From: an uncultured Actinomycetes bacterium
GTDB taxonomy: Bacteria; Actinomycetota; Thermoleophilia; Gaiellales; JAICJC01
Reading direction: 5' to 3'
Assembly (NCBI GenBank): GCA_963732075.1
Contig: CAVSYD010000005.1
Span: 46,483-110,482 of the forward strand
Length of the DNA stretch: 64,000 nt
Shown: positions 24,225-33,592 of the stretch, piece after piece
How the letters are laid out: each line of letters begins with the position of its first letter
Numbering within the stretch: the stretch's first letter is position 1
Translations under genes and position numbers: made by a program
Notes under the pieces: model-generated
What the model was told of the DNA's origin: nothing
The model's input: only the letters and a program-made list of their open reading frames with translations
Databases searched by the model: none

Positions 24225-24637
24225 GCCGGCTGCCTGGAGAGATGGCTGCGCGCCTCGTCGAGGTGTTCAGGCAGCTGCTCGCGTCGCGGCGGACGGCGGC
24301 AACGGCAGCGCGGAGCCGGTCGGCTCGGGCGTCGCTGAGCTGGACGAGGGCCGTCCGGCCGTCGCCGTTGGCGGCGCTGCGGACGACCAGGCCGGCCGCT
24401 CCGGTTCGGTCCACGAGCTCGGTGACGGAGCTCTGGGCGAGCTGGAGAACCTCTGCCAGCTGCCCGATCGAGCGGGTTTGGCTCGCGTCCGGGGCACCCT
24501 GGATTGCGAGCAGCAGGAGATAGCGCTGAGGCGTGAGACCGACCTCGCGCACGGCGGCATCTCCGTGGGCGAGGCCGGCGCAGAACGCGCCGGAACTCCG
24601 CCGCGCGCAGGATCTCGTCCTGGGTTACGGCTGGCAT
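24221..24637 (-). pseudogene. MarR-family transcriptional regulator, interrupted by about two frameshifts
   Basis: MPAVTQDEILRAAEFRR in one frame. REVGLTPQRYLLLLAIQGAPDASQTRSIGQLAEVLQLAQSSVTELVDRTGAAGLVVRSAANGDGRTALVQLS (winged helix-turn-helix) in a second. The C-terminus returns to the first frame. Confidence 0.65.
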
Positions 24638-24659
24638 ACGAGCCCACCGTAGCAGAATC

Positions 24660-24688
24660 ATCGTGATACGATGCATCGGGATACGATG
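24660..24688. promoter_or_regulatory. operator-like overlapping palindromes and a direct repeat in the MarR divergent intergenic region
   Basis: ATCGTGATACGAT (24660..24672) and CGATGCATCG (24669..24678) are palindromic. GATACGATG is repeated at 24665 and 24680. The region is locally AT-rich. Confidence 0.4.
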
Positions 24689-24720
24689 GAGTTTGCCGTC
24701 CAACTGCCAGGAGGTTCCCG

Positions 24721-24906
24721 ATGACGGCTCACCCTCAACCGGATCTACGCCGCGGATCGTTTGCCGACGGCCAGTCCGTGCGCCCGGCCGAGCCTCGGCC
24801 CGAGGGCCGCTTCAGCACCGGTCAGGAGGGCGCAAGGCCGCGCCCGTCGCGCCGGCACATCCGCCTCCAGCGGCCCCACCGGGAGGCCGGCGGCCGCAGA
24901 GAGTGA
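24721..24906 (+). CDS. small hypothetical protein with GSFA-type motifs; 3' part may be frameshifted
   Basis: Strong Shine-Dalgarno CCAGGAGG 6 nt upstream of the ATG. RRGSFADGQ and EGRFSTGQEG resemble short repeats of small actinobacterial stress proteins; this is from memory. Confidence 0.4.
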   Translation: MTAHPQPDLRRGSFADGQSVRPAEPRPEGRFSTGQEGARPRPSRRHIRLQRPHREAGGRRE

Positions 24907-24935
24907 TTATCATCTGAGGTGACTGAGGGGGTGCC

Positions 24936-25506
24936 ATGGTTGGGGAGGCGGTTCTCGAGGATGTGGGTTCGGGAGTTGCGCCGGCAAGCCCCGGCTGGTT
25001 CGTCGTGAATGTGCGCGACGCGGCGTGGATCCACAACGAAGCGTTCGGTGCCCGCTGCGTCTTCGAGTCTGACCGGCGAGTCCTGCGCGACACCCCCGAC
25101 CGGGACGACCAGCGCTTCGGCCAGGTGGGGATCACACTGGCGGTGCTCGAGCCGGGCCGACCGAGCGGTCTCTACCACGCCGAGTCGGCGGAGGAGTCGT
25201 TTCGTCCTCCAGGGGGAGTGCGCACTCCTGATCGAGGGCGATGAGCGACCACTGCGGCAGTGGGACTTCGTCCATTGCCCGGGAGGCCCGCGCACGCGTT
25301 TGTCGGAACGGGTGGGGCTCACCGGTGCGTTCTGCTCATGGTCGGGCCCGACCAGAGGAAAAGACAATCGTGTATCCGCCGCTCCTCGCTCGCATTGCGC
25401 CAGGGTGCGGGGGTGCGAGACGAGACCGACTCGCCAGCCGAGGCGTATGGCATATCTGCCACATTGGCGGCCCGGCCCACCCCAACCCCAAGCCGAGCTT
25501 CCGTGA
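24936..25506 (+). pseudogene. cupin-domain protein, several frameshifts
   Basis: GWFVVNVRDAAW...LEPGRPSGLYHAES, then FVLQGECALLIEGDERPLRQWDFVHCP, then HAFVGTGG..CVLLMVG...LALRQGAGVRDETDSPAEAY. These pieces lie in three different frames. Confidence 0.6.
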
Positions 25507-25539
25507 ACAGCAGAAAGCCACAGGATAGGGAGGCCCGCG

Positions 25540-26251
25540 ATGCCTGAACCGCGACAGATCACAGCGCTACTCGAGCTGGAGCGGGACCAGGAGGGGGTGT
25601 TCTCCGAGTGCCTCACGGCCGCCGAGCGGGGCGAGCGCGGTACCCAAGGAACACCCCGCACCGAAGGACTACTTCGCTCATGTACTAGGCGGAAAGCGAC
25701 AGATGCTGCAAGCCCTGGTCGCGGCACGCACAGGCGCCGTCCCGGACGCGAGCCACGACGCACAGGAGGTGTTCGAAGCGAATGCCGACCGCTCGTTCGA
25801 CGATCTCGAGCGCGAAGCCGGTCAGGTGGCCGCCGATCTCCGAAGGGAGGTCGAACACCTCGACCGGGACTCCCTCGGTTCATCACCCGAGTGGGTCTCC
25901 GACGACACGCTCGCCGACGAGATCATCCAGCAGTGCGTCACCCACGGCCTCGTCCAGCTCTTCGAGCCACTGTGCGCACGCGGCCACACGGATCAGGCAC
26001 TCCAAACGCAGCTCCGGTTCATCGCCGCGCTGCCACCCGACACGAGCGTGCTCCAGCGATCACGGGCGCTGTACAACCTCGGCTGCCTCCACCTCAGAGC
26101 CGGCCACGCAGATGACGCCGTCATATCGATCCGCGCCGCAGGACAGCTTCGACCCACGCTCCTCGAAAATGCCAGACAGGACCCGGACCTGGCACCGATC
26201 AAAGACGGGCTGTCCCAGGGCGAAGGTTTGGGCGCCCCACTCGGCGGGTAG
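25540..26251 (+). pseudogene. hypothetical protein, apparently one frameshift near 25650
   Basis: MPEPRQITALLELERDQEGVFSECLTAAE in one frame continues as YFAHVLGGKRQMLQALVAARTG... in the frame of ORF 25703..26251. The C-terminus is helical-repeat-like. Confidence 0.4.
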
Positions 26252-26260
26252 CGCATTCGC

Positions 26261-26524
26261 ATGTGGTCAAACCTGATCGGACTCGCGCTCTGCATGTTCC
26301 TCCTCGTGCTGTGGCTGGGCGCGAGGCGGGAGGATCGCGAAGCGATACAGCGCGACTGCCACCATCAGTGGACGCTGGATTCCCTCTACGGCGAAGGCGA
26401 GATGTGGTTCCGGCGCTGCACCGTGTGCGGCAAACAGGAGCCGGTCCCAAACCCCAAGCGCACACCGCCGCGACTGCATGATGAACGAGCACGCATCGCG
26501 AGTCGACGCCGCATGCACAAGTAG
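26261..26524 (+). CDS. small membrane-anchored protein with a CxxC motif (87 aa)
   Basis: ORF track. TM segment LIGLALCMFLLVLWLG, then CHHQW...CTVCGK. Confidence 0.4.
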   Translation: MWSNLIGLALCMFLLVLWLGARREDREAIQRDCHHQWTLDSLYGEGEMWFRRCTVCGKQEPVPNPKRTPPRLHDERARIASRRRMHK

Positions 26525-26562
26525 GCACCTGCTGAGCCCGGGAGCAGCCCTGCAGGGCGACG

Positions 26563-28053
26563 TTAATCGCTCGCGGTCAAGGGCGTGGCGACATCTTCGA
26601 GCTGACGCTTTTCGGCGTCCACTCCGAGCCACACCTCGATCACCCCGGCGGCGATCATCAGAGCCGCTCCGAGCAGGTAGCCGAGAAACACCGTGGTGCG
26701 GTTGCCGGTGGCGATGTGTGTCCGTAGAGCGCCGGCCCGATGATCCCGCCCATGCCGGTGCCGACCGCGTAGAAGAACGCGATCGCCATCGCGCGCATCT
26801 CGATCGGGAAGATCTCGCTCGACGGTCAGGTACGCGGAGCTCGCTCCGGCGGAGGCGAAGAAGAAGATCACGCGACCACCCGAGCGTGAGCTCGTCGCGC
26901 TCGAGCAGCCCTGCTGGAACAGCCACCCGACGACGCCAGGAGCACGCCGGAGAAGACGTAGGTGCACGGCGATCATCGGCTCGGCGGCCGAGCGAGTCGA
27001 AGAGGCGGCCCGAGCAGGAGCGGGCCGAGGAAGTTGCCGAGCGGCGAAGGGCAGCAGATAGCAGCCGACGCGGTCGGCGGCGACGCTGATAGAAGTCGTG
27101 AGCACGAGCGCGTAGGTGAAGAAGATCGCGTTGTAGAGGAACGCCTGCGAGACCATCAGCGCGAGCCCGAGCACCGAGCGGCGCGGGTAGTCGCCGACGA
27201 GCAGCGTGCGGGCGATCGTCGCCGAACCCGATCGGCTCGCGCTGGCGCACCTCGATCGTCCGCTCGGCGGCTCGGGCAGCGGCTCGCCGGTGCCGCGCTC
27301 GACGCGCTCGCTCGATGTCGCCGCGACAACCTCTGCCTCGGTCGTCCGCCTGGCCGTGGGTCATCAGCCAGCGCGGGCTCTCGGGCAGGAACTGCCGCAG
27401 CAGCGAGCACGACCAGCCCGAGCACGCGCCGATGCCGAAGCCGAGCCGCCAGCCGAGCGCCGACGGCGAAGCAGCGTCGGGTCGAGAAGCACGAGCGACG
27501 CCAGCCGCGCCGACCGCAGTGCCGATCCAGTAGAGCCGTTGATCGCGAGGTCGACCCAGCCGCGCACGCCGCGCGGGGATCAGCTCGTCGATCGCCGAGT
27601 TGATCGCCGAGTACTCGCCGCCGATGCCCGCGCCGGTGAAGAACGCGGCAGATCGCGAACGCTCGCAGGAGTTCCAGGAGAATGCCGTCGCCGGCGGTCG
27701 CGACCAGGTACAGGCCGAGCGTGACCATGAACAGCCGCTTGCGCCCGAAGCGGTCGGTCAGGTAGCCGAACACGAGCGCGCCCGAGGACCGCGCCGGCCA
27801 CGTAGATCGATGCCGCGCAGGCCGACCTGCGGTCGGCGTGAGGCGCGAGCGTGCTCGGTCTTCTCGAGCTGGCCGCAGATCGCGCCGACGATCGTGACCT
27901 CGAGCCCGTCGAGGATCCAGACCATGCCGAGCGCGAGACGACCAGCCAGTGCCAGCGCGACCACGGCAGGCGGTCGAGGCGAGCGGGGACGTCGGTCTCG
28001 ACGACGTCCCCGCCGGCGGCCAGACGGGGCCCCCACAGGCCGGAGGCGCTCAC
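26563..28053 (-). pseudogene. MFS transporter (sugar-porter / metabolite:H+ symporter-like), at least five frameshifts
   Basis: Fragments are spread over three frames: ARLDRLPWSRWHW, LGMVWILDGLEVTIVGA, FGYLTDRFGRKRLFMVTLGLYLVATA, RGWVDLAINGS, PESPRWLMTHGQ-type loop, LGLALMVSQAFLYNAIFFTYALVL, TVFLGYLLGAALMIAAGVIEVWLGVDAEKRQLEDVA. Confidence 0.7.
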
Positions 28054-28220
28054 CGCGCCGGCCCCGCGCCGCCGGGATGTGACCGCGGCACCTGCGCCGG
28101 TGTGAGCGACCGCACGTGCTTGTCCTTCTTGCCGGCCTCCAAGCGCGCGACCCGGCCCTCCAGGGCCTCGACCGCGCGTTCGAGCGAAACCAATCTGCCG
28201 ATGTCCGAATCCTGGTTCAT
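28050..28220 (-). CDS. small coiled-coil protein (56 aa)
   Basis: MNQDSDIGRLVSLERAVEALEGRVARLEAGKKDKH... Its stop overlaps the MFS GTG start as GTGA. Confidence 0.4.
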   Translation of the reverse strand: MNQDSDIGRLVSLERAVEALEGRVARLEAGKKDKHVRSLTPAQVPRSHPGGAGPAR

Positions 28221-28263
28221 GTGATGCGGATTCCCGGCGCCTGGCGGGCCCAAACCTGGCCGG

Positions 28264-28593
28264 CTACGGGGTATCCGCTCGGCGTTTGAGGTCGGGTTTG
28301 GAGACGACGATGTATGACTCGCGTTCTTCGACCACCACCTCGACGGCGAGATCCTCGTGTCCGGGGTAGACAATGAACCGGTCGACGGGCTTCACGACCT
28401 GCACGTACTCCGCGAGCGGCAATTCGACGGCACGTGAGCAGGCGGGGTTGTCGCATTCGCACACGAACGGCACCGGTTCGTCGGGGGCCACGCCTCCGGC
28501 TTCCTCGAGCGCGGCCCGACGCTCGTTGTGGGCCTGGAACGCCCGTTCGTTCTTCTCGGCGCGAGTGAGACGCGTGTTGCCGTTTGAACTCAT
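28264..28593 (-). CDS. hypothetical protein (109 aa)
   Basis: Internal ATG (MSSNGNTRLTRAEKNERAFQAHNERRAALEE...FVCECDNPACSR...). The upstream part of the ORF-track frame is Arg/Pro/Gly-rich and looks non-coding. Confidence 0.55.
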   Translation of the reverse strand: MSSNGNTRLTRAEKNERAFQAHNERRAALEEAGGVAPDEPVPFVCECDNPACSRAVELPLAEYVQVVKPVDRFIVYPGHEDLAVEVVVEERESYIVVSKPDLKRRADTP

Positions 28594-28953
28594 GAACGAC
28601 CGGCCCTCGCGGCGGGTTCGTGTTTGGCATCCTCGCGAGCGGGGCACATCGGTCTCGTTCCCATATGACGAATGCACCCGACCCACATCCACCGCCGCAG
28701 CCGGACGAGCCGAACCCGCCGGCTCCGCCGCACCCCGACGTCCCGGCACCGACGGCTTGACCGGCGCCACGAGCCCTGATCAGCAATGAGAGGGAACGAT
28801 CGCACGCCGGACGCCAGTTTTCCCCACGGTGACGTGTTCGAAACGTTTGCATCGCGGGGCGCAGCGAGCCCGCGGGTGCACGCCCGCCCGAGGTTTCGTC
28901 CCGCGCGGGAGCGGGCATTGCCGACAGATGACCAGGGCACGGGGGGTAGTTCG

Positions 28954-29346
28954 ATGGGATCCGAGTCGGAGGGACGTCTGGGTGAGTGGCGGTTCGCCGC
29001 CACCCCAGAGCACGTGCCACTGATGCGGCACGCCGTGGTGGGGATGGTCGAGGGCCTCGGCATCGATCGGGATGCCGTCGCCCTGGCGGTGACAGAGGCG
29101 GTCGCGAACGCGGTTCGCCATGCCTATCCCGGAGGCCCCGGCGAGGTGCGGGTGGTGGTTTCTGTCGTCGGCGACGGGGTGGTCGTGTCGGTGAGCGACG
29201 ACGGCATCGGGGTGCGGGGGTTCACCGCGACTCAGAGCCCGGGCGTCGGGCTCGGACTGGGGCTGATCAGAGCGCTGGCCGACCGGGTGCGCATCGAGCC
29301 GGGGAGCAACGGCACGCTGGTCGAGATGGTCTTCGAACGGGCCTGA
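28954..29346 (+). CDS. anti-sigma-factor serine kinase (RsbW/SpoIIAB-like HATPase)
   Basis: MGSESEG... with N-box-like TEAVANAVRHAY and G-box-like DDGIGV...GVGLGLGLI. Confidence 0.75.
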   Translation: MGSESEGRLGEWRFAATPEHVPLMRHAVVGMVEGLGIDRDAVALAVTEAVANAVRHAYPGGPGEVRVVVSVVGDGVVVSVSDDGIGVRGFTATQSPGVGLGLGLIRALADRVRIEPGSNGTLVEMVFERA

Positions 29347-29712
29347 CTACCCCTGGGAGCCGCTCGCGGCCGAGAGTGCCGCCGCCCGAGTCGGGTACAC
29401 GGTGATCAGCTCGGAGATCGAAACGAGATCGAACAGCCGGGCCACCGGGCCTCCGGGCGGCGCCACCGCCACCAGGGCGCCTCGGCCGCTCCCGTCCTGT
29501 TCAGCACGGCGATACCCATCCACGAGCACCCCCACGATGCTGCTGTCGATGAACTCGGTCTGCGAAAGGTCGACGATCACATCGCCGCCGGCGCCCGCGA
29601 TTCGCTCGATCTCCGACCGGAGCTCCGGCGCCGTTGAGACGTCGTGCTCGCCAAGCAGGGCGAGCACATGGACGTCGTCCTCCGGCACCACCTCGATGCG
29701 ACCGACGCTCAT
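29347..29712 (-). CDS. STAS-domain anti-sigma-factor antagonist (RsbV/SpoIIAA-like)
   Basis: LLGEHDVSTAPELRSEI...VIVDLSQTEFIDSSIVGVLV. ATG at 29712 is preceded by GGAGGGG. Confidence 0.8.
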   Translation of the reverse strand: MSVGRIEVVPEDDVHVLALLGEHDVSTAPELRSEIERIAGAGGDVIVDLSQTEFIDSSIVGVLVDGYRRAEQDGSGRGALVAVAPPGGPVARLFDLVSISELITVYPTRAAALSAASGSQG

Positions 29713-29779
29713 AGCCCCTCCGGCTCCCACGGCGACAGTCGATCTTAGCGTCCGCCGCCCTGCAGGACGGCTCGTTCCC

Positions 29780-30547
29780 CTATGCCGCCTCTTCGGGTAC
29801 CAGCTGGTCGCGCAAGGCGTCGAACGACCTGCGCAGCAGTCGCGAGACGTGCATCTGGCTGATGCCGGTTCGGTCGGCGATCTCGGACTGCGTCAGCCCG
29901 TGGTACACGCGCAGGGCGACGATCTCGCGTTCCCGGGACGGCAGGGTGCGCAACGCCTGTGAAACGACGTCGCCGTCAGCCACCGCTTCGAAGCCGCGCT
30001 CCTCGCACACGAGCGCAGGATCGGCGTTCAGCCGCTCCTCCGTCGTGCCGCCGTCGACGCGGGCGGGCTCGTTGAGCGATTGCGCCGTGTATGCCCGCTG
30101 CGCCGCCACCGCCTCGGCGATCGTTTCCGGCGGCTCCCCGATCGCGTCGCCGAGCTCCTCGAGCGTCGGCGGGCGGCCGAGCTCATGTCCCAGTCGCAGC
30201 CGGGTCGCCGACACACGCCGGACGAGCTCCTGGAGCGAGCGGGGCATGCGCACAGCCCACCCGTGATCGCGGAAGAGGTGCATGATCTCACCCTCGATGG
30301 TGCGGGCCGCGTAGGCCCGCAGCGGCACTCCTCGCGAGGGCTCGTACCGGTCGACGGCGTGGATCAGACCGACATACGCGGTCTGAACGACGTCCTCGTG
30401 AGCGAGCCCACGCCCCTTGTAGCGGCGGGCGATCGACCGCGCCAGCCCCAGGTTCCGTTTCACCACCTCTTCGCGACAGCGCTCGTCACCATCACGGCGA
30501 TAGACGGCGAGCAACTCAATATCGGTTCGATGGGCACCAGCTTCCAC
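29780..30547 (-). CDS. group 3 sigma-70 family factor (SigB/SigF type)
   Basis: Region 2: LARSIARRYKGRGLAHEDVVQTAYVGLIHAVDRYEP. Region 4 helix-turn-helix: LTQSEIADRTGISQMHVSRLLRRS. Confidence 0.85.
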   Translation of the reverse strand: MEAGAHRTDIELLAVYRRDGDERCREEVVKRNLGLARSIARRYKGRGLAHEDVVQTAYVGLIHAVDRYEPSRGVPLRAYAARTIEGEIMHLFRDHGWAVRMPRSLQELVRRVSATRLRLGHELGRPPTLEELGDAIGEPPETIAEAVAAQRAYTAQSLNEPARVDGGTTEERLNADPALVCEERGFEAVADGDVVSQALRTLPSREREIVALRVYHGLTQSEIADRTGISQMHVSRLLRRSFDALRDQLVPEEAA

Positions 30548-30631
30548 GGTCGACTCCTTTCAGGGCCTGATACCGGATACTGTGCGCTCGCCCGCGTTCG
30601 TCAAACATCCGGTCGCAGGCGACCCGCCGGC

Positions 30632-30889
30632 TCACAGCCGGCGAAGCGGCGGTCGCTGCAGGCTGACCGTGACGCGGCCACCCTCAGCCGTCGCGCCGAG
30701 AGCCTCGAGTGCGGCCACCGACTCGCGGCACCAGGCGTCTCCGCCTCCGGAGATGGTCAGCACCGCACTCGCCCCCTCGAGAGCCGCCGTCACGGTGACG
30801 TCGCCGTCCCGGCAGCTCGTCACGATGCCGGCGACGGCCCTTCCGCGCGCGGTCTGCGGCAAGTGGCGGAAGACCGGCCTTGACTGCAA
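30632..30889 (-). CDS. possible small hypothetical protein upstream of the sigma factor gene
   Basis: Composition is more protein-like than the overlapping plus-strand frame. The two frames share third-codon positions, so GC3 cannot discriminate them. Confidence 0.3.
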   Translation of the reverse strand: MQSRPVFRHLPQTARGRAVAGIVTSCRDGDVTVTAALEGASAVLTISGGGDAWCRESVAALEALGATAEGGRVTVSLQRPPLRRL

Positions 30890-30968
30890 CAGCCGTCACC
30901 GCGTGGCGCGCGATCTCTCCCCGCGCCGGGGTGTCGGTGAGCCTGAGCGAGACGGTACCGTGCATGTG

Positions 30969-31373
30969 ATGGAGGGTGAGGATCTGCGCCTCATCGCCGA
31001 GCTGGTCGTGCCGGCGGACGCGAGCATGCTGACAGTGTGCCGTACGGTGCTGGCCGGGGTTGTGTCCGAACTGCCTCTGCCCGACGAGGCACTCGACGAC
31101 CTGAAGCTGGTGCTGTCGGAGCTCTGCTCCGACGCGATGGAGCGTACCGCCACGCCCGACGGCATGGTCGACATCGCCTTCCGGTGTTCGGACACCGAGA
31201 TCGAGGTGACTGTCGGCGACCACGCCGCCGGCAGTCCGGCCGACGGGCACGGGCACGGCCTGGGGTTCCCGCTCCTGCGGAGACTGTGCTCCCGGCTCGA
31301 CGCCGATCGCCAACCGGACGGGCCGGGGACAGTGGTCCGGTTTGCACAGAAGCTTCAGACGCTCGAGCGGTGA
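30969..31373 (+). CDS. second HATPase-like anti-sigma-factor-type protein
   Basis: MEGEDLRLIAELVVPADASMLTVCRTVLAGV...LVLSELCSDAMERT...GHGHGLGFPLLRRL. Divergent from the canonical N-box. Confidence 0.55.
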   Translation: MEGEDLRLIAELVVPADASMLTVCRTVLAGVVSELPLPDEALDDLKLVLSELCSDAMERTATPDGMVDIAFRCSDTEIEVTVGDHAAGSPADGHGHGLGFPLLRRLCSRLDADRQPDGPGTVVRFAQKLQTLER

Positions 31374-31744
31374 CCCTGCCTCAGCCGCTCGGCGCGATTG
31401 GCAATCTGGCTGTGCGACTCGTCCTCGGCGCCGATCAGCTCGTTGCGCGCCGGGGAGACACGGATCAGCTCGTCGAGTTTCAGGTTGAGCGCCTTGGCCT
31501 CACGACTGGAGGTGTGCTGCACCGCGCACACCATGACCAGCGTCATCAGTGACACCACCGCCGAGATCGTTGAGAGCACCCTCGCATCACCGGTCCCGAC
31601 AAGCGCGATCAGAACGAGCATGAGCACGTCGAAGACGACGACCGCGCAGAAGGTGATCTCGTGACCGAGGAGGTCGCTCACCCTGTCGATCAGCCGGCTT
31701 GATCGCCTCCGAGGAGGGGGCTTTGGGTCGGCGCGAGACACCAC
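31355..31744 (-). CDS. low-affinity iron permease (Fet4-like) family membrane protein
   Basis: VVSLMTLVMVCAVQHTSSREAKALNLKLDELIRV matches the family's conserved Q..Q.R...A...KLDELI segment; this is from memory. Confidence 0.6.
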   Translation of the reverse strand: MVSRADPKPPPRRRSSRLIDRVSDLLGHEITFCAVVVFDVLMLVLIALVGTGDARVLSTISAVVSLMTLVMVCAVQHTSSREAKALNLKLDELIRVSPARNELIGAEDESHSQIANRAERLRQGHRSSV

Positions 31745-33175
31745 CTACCGGAGCGCCCGCGCCCGCTTGTCGAGATCGCGCCAGAGCTCGGGGAACGTCG
31801 CCCGCGCCGCGGCCTTGCGATCATTTTGGACGTCCACGAGGGTCGTCGCGGCAATCTTCTCGCCGCCCGTCGGCGCCGTGGCGGCCAGATCTCGGAGCAG
31901 CGCCTGGGCAACGACCGCGTCCTGGTGCTCGCCGAGCACGTCCTGAACCCGCTTGGCGCGTTTGACGTAGCCCGCTGCTCCGTGGACCCCGGTGGCGGCG
32001 GCCAGCTCCGAGGCATACCGGGCGCGCTTGACCGCCTTTCGCACCTCGTGGAGATCCCGGTCGGCCGGGTCGGCGTTGAGACCGTGCACGAGCCGGCGGG
32101 CGCGGCGGTGCTCCCGCCGGGCTGCGTCTGCGAATGACATCCTGGAGCTCACGAATGCGGGCGCCGTGACGGCGACGTCGAGCCGGTTCAGAAGACTCAC
32201 GTACCACGCCTGCTCCAGTTCCGAGCGCAGCCGCACCTGCTGCTCGTCGCGCCGCGTCTGCAGCCGGCTCAGGAGCCGATGTGCTCCGGCCCGCTCGGGC
32301 TCGTCCAGACGGCTTGCCTCGATGCGCAAATCGGCGAGCATCACGTCCAGGTCGCGAACTTCGCCCAGCGCGGCACCGGCCAGTTTCAGCGGTCCGCGGA
32401 GGCTGTCGGCCCAGGTCCGGTCGAGCATCGGACGAGCCGCCCGCAGGATCGCGCGCAGCTCACGTGTCGCGACCCGCTGCTGGTGCACATCCTCGGGGTC
32501 GGTACCCAGACGCGTGCCGGGATCGTGCAGCAGGAGCCGGTGGTATTGCGCCTGCAGCATCGAGGCAACCCGGGCCTGCGCGCGACCGTTCACCGCATGC
32601 GCCGAGGACGGTCGGGAGAACCCGACGGCCTGAAGCAGCTTCGGCCGCCCGTCCGGGTCGGTCGCCCCGGCCTTCCGCAGCTTCTTCTCGAGCCGCCGAA
32701 GCGTCTTCGGCTTGCCCTCGACGAGCTCCACCTCGAGCTCGTCGAACGTCCGCACGACCGTGTCGTCGTCGTCAAGAACATCGACGCGATCCTCCACGAC
32801 CTCCGCCACCCCTGCACCCTCATCCTTCACGAGGACTCCCTCGCGGCGAGTGCGCAGGACCGCCACGCGCGAGAGGGTGCGCCGGCGGGTCAGCCCGATC
32901 AGGAGACGCGCGATCTCGTCGGGAATCCGTTCGTCCGGCGCGTCCCACTCGAGCTCGAGCCGTGCGCCCGATCGCGGCAGCTTCAACTGCCAACTGGCCC
33001 CCTCGGCGTCGATTCGGCGGCGCAGCGTGATGCCAGCATTCGCGAGCCGGAGATCGTCGGTGTCGTAGTACGCGGAGACGAGCGTCCGCTCGGTTATCGC
33101 CTCTCCCGGGAGAGACACCCCCTCGAACCGTGGGCCGGCCTGCAGCTTCACCTCGCGCTCGAGCGTCGACTTCAT
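31745..33175 (-). CDS. CYTH and CHAD domain-containing protein (triphosphate tunnel metalloenzyme plus polyphosphate-associated CHAD)
   Basis: N-terminal LEREVKL ... YYDTDDLRLANAGITLRRR (CYTH). VHQQRVATRELRAILRAARPML and later helical repeats (CHAD). Confidence 0.85.
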   Translation of the reverse strand: MKSTLEREVKLQAGPRFEGVSLPGEAITERTLVSAYYDTDDLRLANAGITLRRRIDAEGASWQLKLPRSGARLELEWDAPDERIPDEIARLLIGLTRRRTLSRVAVLRTRREGVLVKDEGAGVAEVVEDRVDVLDDDDTVVRTFDELEVELVEGKPKTLRRLEKKLRKAGATDPDGRPKLLQAVGFSRPSSAHAVNGRAQARVASMLQAQYHRLLLHDPGTRLGTDPEDVHQQRVATRELRAILRAARPMLDRTWADSLRGPLKLAGAALGEVRDLDVMLADLRIEASRLDEPERAGAHRLLSRLQTRRDEQQVRLRSELEQAWYVSLLNRLDVAVTAPAFVSSRMSFADAARREHRRARRLVHGLNADPADRDLHEVRKAVKRARYASELAAATGVHGAAGYVKRAKRVQDVLGEHQDAVVAQALLRDLAATAPTGGEKIAATTLVDVQNDRKAAARATFPELWRDLDKRARALR

Positions 33176-33504
33176 TTGCGTGCGTCCACCGCGCGGCGCA
33201 GTTCGTCCTTCGTCATGCTCGAGCGGCCGGGGATGTTGTGCTGGCGCGCCTCGTTCATGAGCTGCGCCTTCGTCCGTCCGCGGGGCCCGGAGCGATGCGA
33301 GCGCTGGCCACCTCGATGGGACGAGGACACGTCCTGCACCGAGCTGCGCGAGGCGGTCTTGGACTGGCCGCGCTGAGCCCGCTCCTTGTTGACCGTCCGC
33401 GCCGCAATCTCCTTGGCGCGTCGCGGCGACTCACCGGAGTCGCGCTCGCTCTCGACGATGTGCTCGTACTTGCGTTCCTGCTTCGGCGTCCATTCAACCG
33501 GCAT
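33172..33504 (-). CDS. small basic protein with a Rho-N/SAP-like C-terminal motif
   Basis: TKAQLMNEARQHNIPGRSSMTKDELRRAV. 4-nt overlap with the CYTH/CHAD gene. Confidence 0.55.
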   Translation of the reverse strand: MPVEWTPKQERKYEHIVESERDSGESPRRAKEIAARTVNKERAQRGQSKTASRSSVQDVSSSHRGGQRSHRSGPRGRTKAQLMNEARQHNIPGRSSMTKDELRRAVDARK

Positions 33505-33592
33505 GGTGCTCTCCTCTGCGGTCGGGTGCCTCCAGCTCTACCCCGGAAGCGGCTCCCCGCAAACCCAGCGCACAGGCGTCTATCGTGACGAA

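Noticed and set aside
30582-30968. Upstream extension of the second HATPase-like gene (ORF-track start 30582).
   Set aside because: The extension is Ser/Arg/Pro/Thr-rich and looks non-coding. An internal ATG at 30969 begins the recognisable domain. The opposite strand carries a more protein-like small ORF, although GC3 cannot separate the two frames.
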